Of a DNA stretch of 25,364 nucleotides, positions 1 through 8,700 are shown piece after piece. Below the pieces are notes generated by a model. It was not told where the DNA came from. It saw only the letters and a program-made list of their open reading frames with translations, and did no database searches. Within the stretch, counting starts at the first letter, position 1; each line of letters starts with the position of its first letter. The stretch lies in the IMG/VR virus record IMGVR_UViG_3300023171_000009, positions 73,113 to 98,476 of that record. One strand, 5' to 3'. The DNA comes from a virus. The position numbers and the translations under genes are program-made.

Positions 1-1315
1 CGGATACGGCCTTGAAGTTAACAGTATTCTCTACAGTATAAGAGCCATCATATGTCCTAGCAGCAGGGACAGGACTTGTTTCCGCAAACGCTACCGTTCC
101 CATCATAGTTGTATTTTCATTGGCAATAGTAACGCCTTGATAGTTTAAAACGTTTACAGAGCCATATGGCACGATTTGAGGGTTTGCGGCCTGTGATTCG
201 TCGCCCTCGCCGGTCCCGCCTTTAGCTACAACTAAACGGCCTTGAGAGATAGGGGTAACACCGTCCGGAGCTAGCACAAACTCATAGATAGCAGCGTCAC
301 GCGCCGCGCCTTGTGTGCCTACTCCACCACACTCTACTAGCCCCAATAAACTACCGTCTGATAAAGTTCTAAAGCAATTGCTAGGCCATGTGATGGTATA
401 ACCTGCTGGAAGCCCTTCAGGAATAGCACTATCGTATAGCGCGGCTCTTGTCCAAGTTTTGCCATTATTAGATCCCCACATGGCGACATACCCTTGACCG
501 CCACCACCATAAAGACTACGCCCCACATACGCATAAGGCCAATAGGACAGGGTATTAGGCCACCAAACAAAATAGCCAGTATGTCCGCCTCCCGGTTCAT
601 CCAAAGCCACTGGAAGAATGATAGCACTACCGCTTTGATCCTGACGTGTAAAGTTTACGCCGTCGGTAGAAAGAGCCATCATTGTTTTCTGACCATCAGG
701 GCTAGGATCGCCTACAATATCTTTATTATGATAAGTAAGAATCCATTCTCCACCAATAATATTCACCCATGGAGTTTCAGAACCGGTGCCTTCCGTTGTA
801 TCTGCATAAATAGGGTTAGCGGAAGGTTTAGTAGTTAGATATGCGAATTCACCAGCGGCAAGGGCAGCGTTGTAGCTTTTCCAGTTAGCTAAAACTGTAG
901 GATCACCGTTAGCTACTTGCAGATAAATGCCTCCCGCTCCGTGGTCAGTAGAAGTATAACGATACCAATCATGCCCTTGATTACTATGAGAAGCTTTCCA
1001 CGCCCTACGGTCTACTAAACAAGGGTAATAGTTAGGGAATGAAGTTGGCGAGAAAGTTCCTAGCTTCGTTGCAGTAAACGCTCCGTTTACGGTAGGCGTG
1101 ACTACTTCCCCTCCACCTGAATAATAATAGCTTACGGGGACTCCATTTGCCTGTTTAACCGTAACTCCATTTGCTTGTTTAACCGTTATTAAAGTGCCTA
1201 CAGGACGCAAGCGTGCCTGTGTAATGGCTTTTAGTAAAGGCCCTGCCCATACGGTTGCAAGCCCCACAAAGGTAATGCATACCGCAAGTATGGTAAGTTT
1301 TTTATAGGGTTTCAT
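1..1315 (-). CDS. Secreted beta-propeller (GH43/sialidase-like) protein, 3'-truncated by the window edge; not in the ORF track
   Basis: Manually translated from the ATG at 1315: 438 codons with no stop to the window edge. N-terminal signal peptide MKPYKKLTILAVCITFVGLATVWA. Propeller-like blade segments YRYTSTDHGAGGIYLQVA, SETPWVNIIGGEWILTYH and GHTGYF. Asp-box/BNR-like motifs STDGVNF and SNNGKTW. Confidence 0.8.
   Translation of the reverse strand, partial: MKPYKKLTILAVCITFVGLATVWAGPLLKAITQARLRPVGTLITVKQANGVTVKQANGVPVSYYYSGGGEVVTPTVNGAFTATKLGTFSPTSFPNYYPCLVDRRAWKASHSNQGHDWYRYTSTDHGAGGIYLQVANGDPTVLANWKSYNAALAAGEFAYLTTKPSANPIYADTTEGTGSETPWVNIIGGEWILTYHNKDIVGDPSPDGQKTMMALSTDGVNFTRQDQSGSAIILPVALDEPGGGHTGYFVWWPNTLSYWPYAYVGRSLYGGGGQGYVAMWGSNNGKTWTRAALYDSAIPEGLPAGYTITWPSNCFRTLSDGSLLGLVECGGVGTQGAARDAAIYEFVLAPDGVTPISQGRLVVAKGGTGEGDESQAANPQIVPYGSVNVLNYQGVTIANENTTMMGTVAFAETSPVPAARTYDGSYTVENTVNFKAVS
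1140..1186. repeat. In-frame tandem duplication with a 24-bp period (encodes TVKQANGV twice)
   Basis: actccatttgcctgtttaaccgt (1140-1162) and actccatttgcttgtttaaccgt (1164-1186) differ at one position. Confidence 0.9.
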
Positions 1316-1321
1316 TTATTT

Positions 1322-1334
1322 TGCAATGATTTCA
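1322..1334 (-). repeat. Dispersed 13-bp motif (TGAAATCATTGCA)
   Basis: Intergenic, 6 nt upstream of the ATG at 1315. Confidence 0.85.
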
Positions 1335-1345
1335 CTGTTGCTTTC

Positions 1346-2530
1346 TTATTCAGTTATAAGGTAAGCAACAGTGCTGGTATCAGTGTTAGAAGAAGAAGTA
1401 ATGGTAAAGCTAGTCGCGGCAGTTCTAGCGGATATGCGAAGCCAGCCGGGGGTGCCTCCATCAACCTGTGACGTAACTTGAATATTGCTGTTTGCAGTAG
1501 TGGTAGTATCTGAAATCGTAACCGTGCCTCCTACAAGGACAGCCCGCCCTTGTTTAATCCTAGCGATATTACTTCCGTTAGCTCCACTACCTACTTTTAA
1601 GTTACCGCTAAGTGTTGCGTCTCCTACGGTGATAGGTGCATCTGTTCCAGTAGAAGTCTTAAATACTAAGGTAGTATCACTATTAGCGGTAATACGGCTT
1701 CGGCCAGTCCACCCTATGGTTCCGTCAGCGCCCGCAAAGATGTTATTTGTGATTCCCATATTACCAGTAGAACCAATACTACCAACTTCCGCCCAAGCTC
1801 CTCCGTTTGTCCTAGTGGAAAAGGTAAGGGCAGCGTTAGGGGCAGTCGTTCCGTTACTGGTTTTAACATACATTCTGAAGTCTGTGACCTGACTGCCTGC
1901 GGTGCTGTTAGTTTTCCATCCGCTACCGGTCCATTGAATGGCGGGCGAAAATTGACTAACTGTTGAAGTGGACGCCGTGGTATTGTTTAACAACACTCCT
2001 GAAGTAGGAACGTCGGCAGTGTTGCTGAAGTTATGGGATACCGCCCCTGTAGTTGTGTCAGCAGTAAAGCTAGGCAAACCCGCAAATGCTGACGCCGCGT
2101 TAAATTGAACTTGAGTATCAGCGCCTCCGGGTGTTCCAGAACCGCCACCGCTGCCGGAAGCGTTAATAGTCTGGTTAGGCCAACTTCCGGTTATGGTTAC
2201 GTTAGTTCCCGCTACAAGTGCGGGCGTTGCCGTGCCTGTTCCACCATTTGCCTTGCTTAACGGAGCCGACAGTGTAGGCGTTCCGCTAATGGTAGGGCTA
2301 TTTAACGTATTGCTATTTGCAAGCGCGGTTAAGTCAGCGTCTAAAGGCTGATACAGGCTATCGGTTTGCAGCAAGTTCAACCAAACAGAACGTTCTGGAG
2401 TAGTTAGAGTTTCTTCATACAGCAAAGATAAGATAGCTTCACTTGCTATTCCAGTAGTTCGGTCAGCCAGTGCGGAAGTTAAGGGTGAGAAAATTGCACA
2501 AATTGCAATGAATGTGGTAAGAAATTTCAT
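1346..2530 (-). CDS. Signal-peptide-bearing Gly/Ser/Thr-rich tail-fibre-like protein
   Basis: Signal peptide MKFLTTFIAICAIFSPLTSALA (AxA). Fibre-type motifs PLSKANGGTG and PGGADTQVQFN. C-terminal domain GRAVLVGGTVTI...ARTAATSFTITSSSNTDTSTVAYLI is typical of phage fibre tips. Confidence 0.7.
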   Translation of the reverse strand: MKFLTTFIAICAIFSPLTSALADRTTGIASEAILSLLYEETLTTPERSVWLNLLQTDSLYQPLDADLTALANSNTLNSPTISGTPTLSAPLSKANGGTGTATPALVAGTNVTITGSWPNQTINASGSGGGSGTPGGADTQVQFNAASAFAGLPSFTADTTTGAVSHNFSNTADVPTSGVLLNNTTASTSTVSQFSPAIQWTGSGWKTNSTAGSQVTDFRMYVKTSNGTTAPNAALTFSTRTNGGAWAEVGSIGSTGNMGITNNIFAGADGTIGWTGRSRITANSDTTLVFKTSTGTDAPITVGDATLSGNLKVGSGANGSNIARIKQGRAVLVGGTVTISDTTTTANSNIQVTSQVDGGTPGWLRISARTAATSFTITSSSNTDTSTVAYLITE

Positions 2531-2570
2531 AGGTGAGTTAATAAACGATTTTTGTCAGTAAGTGGGTATA

Positions 2571-3698
2571 TTAATTGAAGTCCCAAGTATCGGTTGCTAC
2601 TTTCTTGATACAGAAGGTTCCGTTAGTGGTTACCGTTGTAGATGTGGAGCCTCCTTCAACCGTAGCTCCAGAAAGAGTAATAGTTCCGCCTGAACTAGTT
2701 CTGCGAATGTATATTTCTGTTCCAATAGGGAACGCTACAGAAGCATTAGTCGGAACAACAATAGTGGTGGCACTAGCGTTTGTGCAACGAATATAAGCAT
2801 TAGCATCACTTAAAATAAGTGTGCGACTAGTTGTCGTTTCAGTTACAACAGAACCAAGAGTTCCAGTAGCCGTGGAGTTGATCGTTTGGTTAGGCCAAGT
2901 TCCACTAATTGTGATATTAGTTCCAGCTACAAGGGCAGGTGTCGCGGTGCCGGTTCCGCCTCCACTTACTGGAGTAATACCCGTATGCGTTGTGCGGTCG
3001 CGCAAAGCGGCATCAGTGCTGTTTGCAGTTGCACCAGCGGCAATTCCGTTAAGCTTAGTAAAGAAAGCGGGGTTTAGCAAACCTGCATTAGTCCCATCCG
3101 CTAACGGAATAGTAAAACCTGTTCCATTAGTGTTGGAAACAACATTATTAGTGCTTGAGGCCGTTAGTGTCAAATTGGAGATTACTCCTGTAGGAGTTCC
3201 CCAGCTTACCGCGCTTCCGTTGGTAGTTAGAAACTTACCGGACTGCCCCGCCTGATTCGGAAAGCTTGATGCACCTACTGGAATCCAGTTAAAGCCACCT
3301 ACTCCATCAGAAGTCCATACACCCGCAACCGCGCTTGAGTTAGCAAGGGCAACCAGATTGGCGGGAATAGTAGATGGATTTAGCGCGCTCCATGGATCAT
3401 TGCCGTAATGGTTAGCCCGATTGGCCGGGTCGAAAGCCAGCTTGCTCATGGGAATAGCAGCGTTAGCCGCGATATTCTCATTGAATATGAAACCGGGCGC
3501 AATTGCGCTAGTTCCGGGAGTGCCTGTGGATTTAAGAACCTGTCCGGCAGAAGAACTAGGCAAAGGAATGATAGCGGGAACGGAACTAGTTCCTCCTATA
3601 ACAGAAGTCAGCCCTCGAATATCTCCGGTTTCGCCGTAAGATATACTCCCTAAAAGTGAAATCGTTGCACCGATTAAAAGTGCCAGTTTGTTTTTCAT
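2571..3698 (-). CDS. Signal-peptide-bearing tail-fibre-like protein (true start probably 3698, not 3875)
   Basis: The ATG at 3698 gives the signal peptide MKNKLALLIGATISLLGSISYG and removes the overlap with 3727-3993. Fibre motifs GQSGKFLTTNGSAVSW, KLNGIAAGATANSTDAALRDRTTHTG and the C-terminal domain SRTLILSDANAYIRCTN...AFPIG...KKVATDTW. Confidence 0.75.
   Translation of the reverse strand: MKNKLALLIGATISLLGSISYGETGDIRGLTSVIGGTSSVPAIIPLPSSSAGQVLKSTGTPGTSAIAPGFIFNENIAANAAIPMSKLAFDPANRANHYGNDPWSALNPSTIPANLVALANSSAVAGVWTSDGVGGFNWIPVGASSFPNQAGQSGKFLTTNGSAVSWGTPTGVISNLTLTASSTNNVVSNTNGTGFTIPLADGTNAGLLNPAFFTKLNGIAAGATANSTDAALRDRTTHTGITPVSGGGTGTATPALVAGTNITISGTWPNQTINSTATGTLGSVVTETTTSRTLILSDANAYIRCTNASATTIVVPTNASVAFPIGTEIYIRRTSSGGTITLSGATVEGGSTSTTVTTNGTFCIKKVATDTWDFN
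3657..3669 (+). repeat. Dispersed 13-bp motif (TGAAATCGTTGCA)
   Basis: Exact copy inside the signal-peptide codons (encodes ATIS). Confidence 0.9.
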
Positions 3699-3726
3699 GA
3701 TAAATAAAATAAGATAGACTGTCGTG

Positions 3727-3993
3727 TTAGAACGAATTGGCAAAACCGTTAGAAACAACCCATTTATGAAGCCCGACTTTGTAATAAAAACGTCCGGTGT
3801 CGTCAGTATCATCAAAGAAAGCCCCAACCCCTCCCCTTGTGTCACCGGGTGTTGTTGGCGGGCTATCGATTTCAACAGAGCTTGTTATTCCAAGGGATGT
3901 TGTAATTTGTGCTTTTTCTGACGTAGTTAAAGGAATGCCGGTAATGAATTTACTTATGGCAACTCCTAACGTCACATTAGGTATTTCAGGCAT
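3727..3993 (-). CDS. Small virion-associated/fibre-adaptor-like protein
   Basis: Fits the operon packing. N-terminal helical LTTSEKAQITTSLG segment, plus a PTTPGDTRGGVG...DTGRFYYKVG..W module of the kind seen in phage fibres. Confidence 0.55.
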   Translation of the reverse strand: MPEIPNVTLGVAISKFITGIPLTTSEKAQITTSLGITSSVEIDSPPTTPGDTRGGVGAFFDDTDDTGRFYYKVGLHKWVVSNGFANSF

Positions 3994-4033
3994 GATATAA
4001 GGTAAGTTATGACTTAATAAAGCACGGTAATGA

Positions 4034-4426
4034 TTAAGGAGCCAAAGGTTGCCAAGGAGCGCCTAAAAGAACGGAGACAGGGCCAGTAGTTACGTCAAAT
4101 GACGTTAACGCAATTGGATGCATAATATTGGCTGCTAGACTTAGAGAAGTAACGACACTCCCAGCGGCGTTCCTTACTTCTTTTCCTACTTGAAAAACGC
4201 AATTCGCTAATACCATTGCACTACTTGAGTAGACATATAAGGTAGGCACTTTTGCAGCCAATGGGTTAGCTGTAGGATCACGATACTTCTCAGTAGCAAC
4301 AAGGTTTACTTGACCACAACCACCAGTTGCGGCGGCGAGTTGCATTCTAGTGATATTTTCATCCCCCTTTCCCGGAAAAAGTGTTCTAGGGAAATCAGCA
4401 GGATTAACATAATCGGTGACAGGCAT
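4034..4426 (-). CDS. Hypothetical protein (small, beta-rich; possibly a head-spike-base-like structural protein)
   Basis: Clean ORF within the operon. The C-terminal TLYVYSS...LSLAANIMHPIALTSFDV only loosely resembles spike-base jelly-roll proteins. Confidence 0.55.
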   Translation of the reverse strand: MPVTDYVNPADFPRTLFPGKGDENITRMQLAAATGGCGQVNLVATEKYRDPTANPLAAKVPTLYVYSSSAMVLANCVFQVGKEVRNAAGSVVTSLSLAANIMHPIALTSFDVTTGPVSVLLGAPWQPLAP

Positions 4427-4457
4427 ATAATTATAAGTTTATGTGTGAGTTAAGAAG

Positions 4458-4470
4458 TGAAATTATTGCA
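4458..4470 (+). repeat. Dispersed 13-bp motif variant (TGAAATTATTGCA)
   Basis: Intergenic, immediately past the GT32 stop codon. Confidence 0.7.
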
Positions 4471-4471
4471 A

Positions 4472-5254
4472 TTAACAGTCCCAAGGTATGTGCCTTGTTT
4501 TATCAGCCCAATCCATTTTATTTAAATGATGGCATACCGATTTCTTCCACGGCTGCCCCATATCATGCACTTGCCATAAAAAATAATATGGCGGCAGAGT
4601 AATTACCCTTCCTTCCAATTGCTTTGCACTCGCTTTAAGATAACGACTAATAGCCAAAGGTCCAGCGAAAGCTAGGACTTTTTCGTTAACGTTCCTTAGT
4701 GTATTTTGAATTAAGTCAACTAATAAGGGTGCTCCGGCTTTACCCCACATAACCGTATTTGCTATAGGATAGCCCCCTAACGAGGCATTTGGACAATGTT
4801 CACGGCTAAGAATCAATTCATACCGGCTAAAATCAGTAGCTATTGGAAATGCCTCCGTGTCTTTCAACGTGCTAGGAAAGGATGAATTCCGGCTATACTT
4901 GAAATTGGTAAAAGTGTGCTCAACCTGCGCTCCTTCCCACAATGAACGTATAGGTTTTAATGGTATACAGTCTAAATCAATATACCCGCCTCCGAATGCA
5001 TGGAGTATTAACAAACGTGAAAAGTCGCATTTTTTTATAATGCTAATTTTTTTATCTTGGCCTAATCCGATATCACAAAAGAAACGAAAATACTTAGGAT
5101 AAACTCTGCCGATAAACGTAAGTATTGCAACTTCATCCCAAACCTTTACTTGATATTCGGGGTTCATTTCCTGCCATTTTCTAGGCACGTCCTGAAGTTC
5201 TGAAGGTGCGGAAGACAGCCCTTGCCACCACATAAAATGTAAAATCTTTTCCAT
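4472..5254 (-). CDS. Glycosyltransferase family 32 (OCH1/capsular polysaccharide synthesis-like, DXD motif)
   Basis: KILHFMWW, W..MNPEYQVKVWDE and KCDFSRLLILHAFGGGYIDLD match the GT32 Gly_transf_sug signature (D..R..IL...GG.Y.D.D). Downstream AGP motif also present. Confidence 0.9.
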   Translation of the reverse strand: MEKILHFMWWQGLSSAPSELQDVPRKWQEMNPEYQVKVWDEVAILTFIGRVYPKYFRFFCDIGLGQDKKISIIKKCDFSRLLILHAFGGGYIDLDCIPLKPIRSLWEGAQVEHTFTNFKYSRNSSFPSTLKDTEAFPIATDFSRYELILSREHCPNASLGGYPIANTVMWGKAGAPLLVDLIQNTLRNVNEKVLAFAGPLAISRYLKASAKQLEGRVITLPPYYFLWQVHDMGQPWKKSVCHHLNKMDWADKTRHIPWDC

Positions 5255-5259
5255 AATAG

Positions 5260-5739
5260 TTATCTAAGATTTACAAGTATGTCAGTGAATAGGCTATAAG
5301 GATCATCTAACTCTTCGTAATCCATAGCAGCGCTATAACTAGGCAAGGGCGGTCTAGGTTCCGGTGGTTCTTCATCTATAACAGGTGTTATTTTACTACG
5401 GCGATAGGCGTCAAGAGAAGCTAGAAGCTTTACAGTAGGAACTCGCGTTGGATTCTTTTTTACAGGAACTTTATTAGCTGTTTCCACGTAAGCTAAGTTA
5501 TCCCATAAGGCATACTCTCTGGTTGTGGAAGCCGTGGACGTTGGCGCTTTAGGAAATACCACAATATCCCCACCGTCAAAAGTAAGCTTGCTAAGGATAT
5601 ACGGATTTTTATTAGCCACTATTGTAATAATATCACTATCTGACCTTCCATAATAGTTATGACAAACCTGCCGCAACGTCTCGCCTTGCGATGCGATGTA
5701 GGTTGTTGCAACGATTGCAAAATTTCCTAACGTAGACAT
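5260..5739 (-). CDS. gpX: P2 gpX-like (LysM-related) tail protein with a C-terminal extension
   Basis: YIASQGETLRQVCHNYYG...VANKNP...GDIVVFP and the family's terminal LWD motif at residues 78-80, followed by 79 extra residues. Confidence 0.8.
   Translation of the reverse strand: MSTLGNFAIVATTYIASQGETLRQVCHNYYGRSDSDIITIVANKNPYILSKLTFDGGDIVVFPKAPTSTASTTREYALWDNLAYVETANKVPVKKNPTRVPTVKLLASLDAYRRSKITPVIDEEPPEPRPPLPSYSAAMDYEELDDPYSLFTDILVNLR
5707..5719 (-). repeat. Dispersed 13-bp motif variant (TGCAATCGTTGCA)
   Basis: At the 5' end of the gpX-like gene (encodes AIVA). Confidence 0.8.
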
Positions 5740-5759
5740 AAATAGGGGTTTATAAAAGG

Positions 5760-8700
5760 TTAGATAGATTTTGTAGTTACGCGAAGCTGGCGCACGTATA
5801 AACGATTAGCAGGGCTTCCCGCTCCTTCAATTTGAATGCGTGTAGTGTAGTCAGGAGCTACAGCATGTGCTTTAAGCAAGTTAGCAGGACCGGACGAACC
5901 GGCCACGGCGGGCAATACCCATTCCGCTTCATACCAGCCATCTTCTAAAGCCCGTTCTAGCTTAAGCTCCATAGGACGCCATTCCGTAACCGCTACTCCA
6001 CTAGCGTAAAGCGGTGTTCCTCCGCTATCCCTTACATGAGATAACATCTTAGGTGTTGCAGTAGCTCCGGCTTGCTTTCTGTATTCAAAAACACACGTTG
6101 CACCAAAGAAATCCGTTATATTGATAAGGTCGCGGGCATTGAACTTTTTGCTAATGTAATTACCCGTGTCCAACATCGTCCCCTTAACAACCTGCGGGCG
6201 GGAATAAATAATAGGGGACAAGTTAGGGTTAGTGATAACATTCGCGGTTAGAATAACGTCCAGAATGATATCACCGGTAATACGCAAGGGCAGCGTTAGA
6301 GGGGTTTCTTCAGATACTTCATAGACAACACCCGTAGAAGTAGGAGTGAACCGGAACTTTACATCGCATTCCGCATTAGGGCGTAAGACTGTGGCTCTTG
6401 CTACCAAATCACTTATGTTTGTAGCGGAAACGTTACCCATGGGCACCGTAAAGGAGCTTGTGGTAAATTTCGCAGCGATAAGCCTAAACGTTAGATCCTG
6501 TTTAGGGTGCGGTGTCCAAGTGGAAGCATTAGAGGAAGACAACATTTCCCCTCCTTGATATGGCTGACCTGTAACAAATCCAGCAATACCACCGTTTAAA
6601 GCAGGGGTCATATATTCCCCAATACCAGCAATACAAATGCTATGATCGGGATCATCTGTCATTACAACAATAGCATATTCTTTTCCTCCGATGACGTGCG
6701 CTTCGATTTCAAAATTAATACGTGTCCAAACATTAAGCGGTATGCCGTTGGTATCCACGGTGAGGCTAGACATATCAAATATGCCTTCAGCAAATACCTC
6801 TTGGTTAGGAAACCCTACCGTAGTTTCTCTTAACTGGACATACACAATTTGCGGACCGCTTCCACGTTTACAGAATTTAAGATCGACGCCAGTTAAGATA
6901 CGATCTTCATCAAGAGTAAAGGTTTCCGCTAAAGGATCACAACGCTTTTTCTTTTTGCGCCTTCCGGAACGTGTAGCCTGACGAACAATAACAGGATATG
7001 ATATCTGGCTCATGCCAATAAATGAGCAATCCCCATAACTGCTATTGCCGATAAACTCCACTGCTTTTTCTCCGGTAGGAATACCGGCAGGTATAGAAAA
7101 GCTACCTGTAATTTTACCGTTAGCGTCAGCAGGACTTGTGCTTGTGAAGGGCAGCGCTCCAGCAATAATGTTGCTAAAGACTATGCCGTCAAAACGAATC
7201 TCCACTAGCTGTTCTCCGGGGCCAAACCCTTCCACAAGGAACGTGATAGGTTGTGGCCTTATGGTATCCCCTGCATTTACTTGAGTTGTTACAACACTGT
7301 TAGCAACAGTCAGGTTATTTATTGAAGGTGTCGCATTCTGGTCTTGGTCTACGGTAACCCGCAAAAAGTTAGATATAATCTGCGTGTTCCAGTTACTTGA
7401 GCTAACAATCCAGTTGTCGCTGGCAGGTGAAATCGTTGCACGCGCCGGAATAGGTTCAAACGCTTGATAAGGGTTAATCTTGCTGCAAGCGGTTACTTTG
7501 CTTTGATCAATAACAATCTCATCGGTGTAAGGCAGTAGATGATGCTTTAAGCTATTAGTGTAGTAGTTAGGAACTTCTGCGGTCCCTGAAATAGGTAGCG
7601 TAAGCAAACCGTCAATAATCGCCATGTCATTAGGCAGAAGGTTCTCGCGCAAATCGTTATCAAAAAACGGGTCGACAAACTGTCCGCGCCTATCCGCAGG
7701 AACCCGCGCCGTCAGATCATTACGCAATCGCGATTGTGCCACTAAATCATATAAATCATCGACACGATTAACAAGCTTCTGTTGATCGTCAAAGTTGATA
7801 GGAACAGTGCGAATGTCCTTAACTTCGGGATCGGTATACCAATTATACACTATAAGAGCCAGCTTTGTATGCGTGTCAGGAATAGGAGGCGCTGCGGGAT
7901 TAATCAAGGACGGCCTTCCCTTGATTACATGGAACGATCCTTCACGGTCGATAGTGATAGCATCAACCCTTTGTAGCTTGTAGGTGTAGCTTACGTAGAC
8001 GATGGAAGGTGTTGTGCTGGTGTTAGGAACTAAGCCGGTTAAGGTTATAGTTTTAAAGTCCTGTGCAACGATGTTACCACGTCCGTTAGTAAGCAAATTC
8101 TCACGAACCGCAACCTTTACCGTATAGCTTCCGGATGTTGGCTCTGTTGCTCCGCTTCCTGACGGTGACCAGTCTATTTTACCATCAACCAATAAATAGT
8201 CTCTTGGCGATTGATATACTGTAGCGCCCTGCTTGACTTCAGTTACATACTCAACACTGGAGTTTACAAGAGAATCCTGCCCACCAGTGGAGCCTTTTGT
8301 AAGGGTTTCAGTCAATTCCACAAGCCCGTTGATAGCCTGCAAAGTCGCTTTAGGGAATCTGTTAAGTGTCAGAATATACTGACCGCCATTAGGCACGTAA
8401 GTTTCTGATTCAGTTTCGCTAGTAGCGACATCGTAATTAATATCAATAGCAAGGGGCGTGTCGATAGTTCGGCCTACGTTATAGCCCCTTACATGAACCG
8501 TTCCTTGAGAAATCGTAAAGATGTATTGATCACTGGCGTGTTGCGCATTCGCGGCCTCAAATCGTGAATACCTAACTTTAAAACCATCAACTGCATAGTT
8601 TCCGTGCGCTGTGTAGTCATACCCTGCCACTGTGTCAATGATCGCGGTGACTGCGGGCGGCAAATCTTTGATAATAATGTTACCGTTATCTATGTCATAG

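Noticed and set aside
337-838. ORF-track calls 337-627 (-) and 494-838 (+)
   Set aside because: Both are shadows of the long minus-strand ORF 1-1315, which has recognisable motifs.
2486-2507. Possible degenerate 13-mer sites TGAGAAAATTGCA and TGCACAAATTGCA (also partial matches at 1511, 2723, 8064)
   Set aside because: Too many mismatches to separate from chance. The 2486 site would fill a spacing gap and merits a PWM scan.
2162-2960. Diversity-generating retroelement TR/VR pair
   Set aside because: Differences between the two copies are mostly synonymous and not adenine-specific, and no reverse transcriptase is present in the window.
3699-3875. N-terminal 59 codons of the 434-aa ORF call
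   Set aside because: They overlap the 88-aa gene in another frame; the ATG at 3698 gives a clean signal peptide and a typical leader.
6940-6972. Polybasic RSGRRKKKKR stretch in DUF4815 resembling a nuclear localisation signal
   Set aside because: It lies in what appears to be a variable segment before the DPLAxTF motif in a bacteriophage protein; nothing supports a targeting role.
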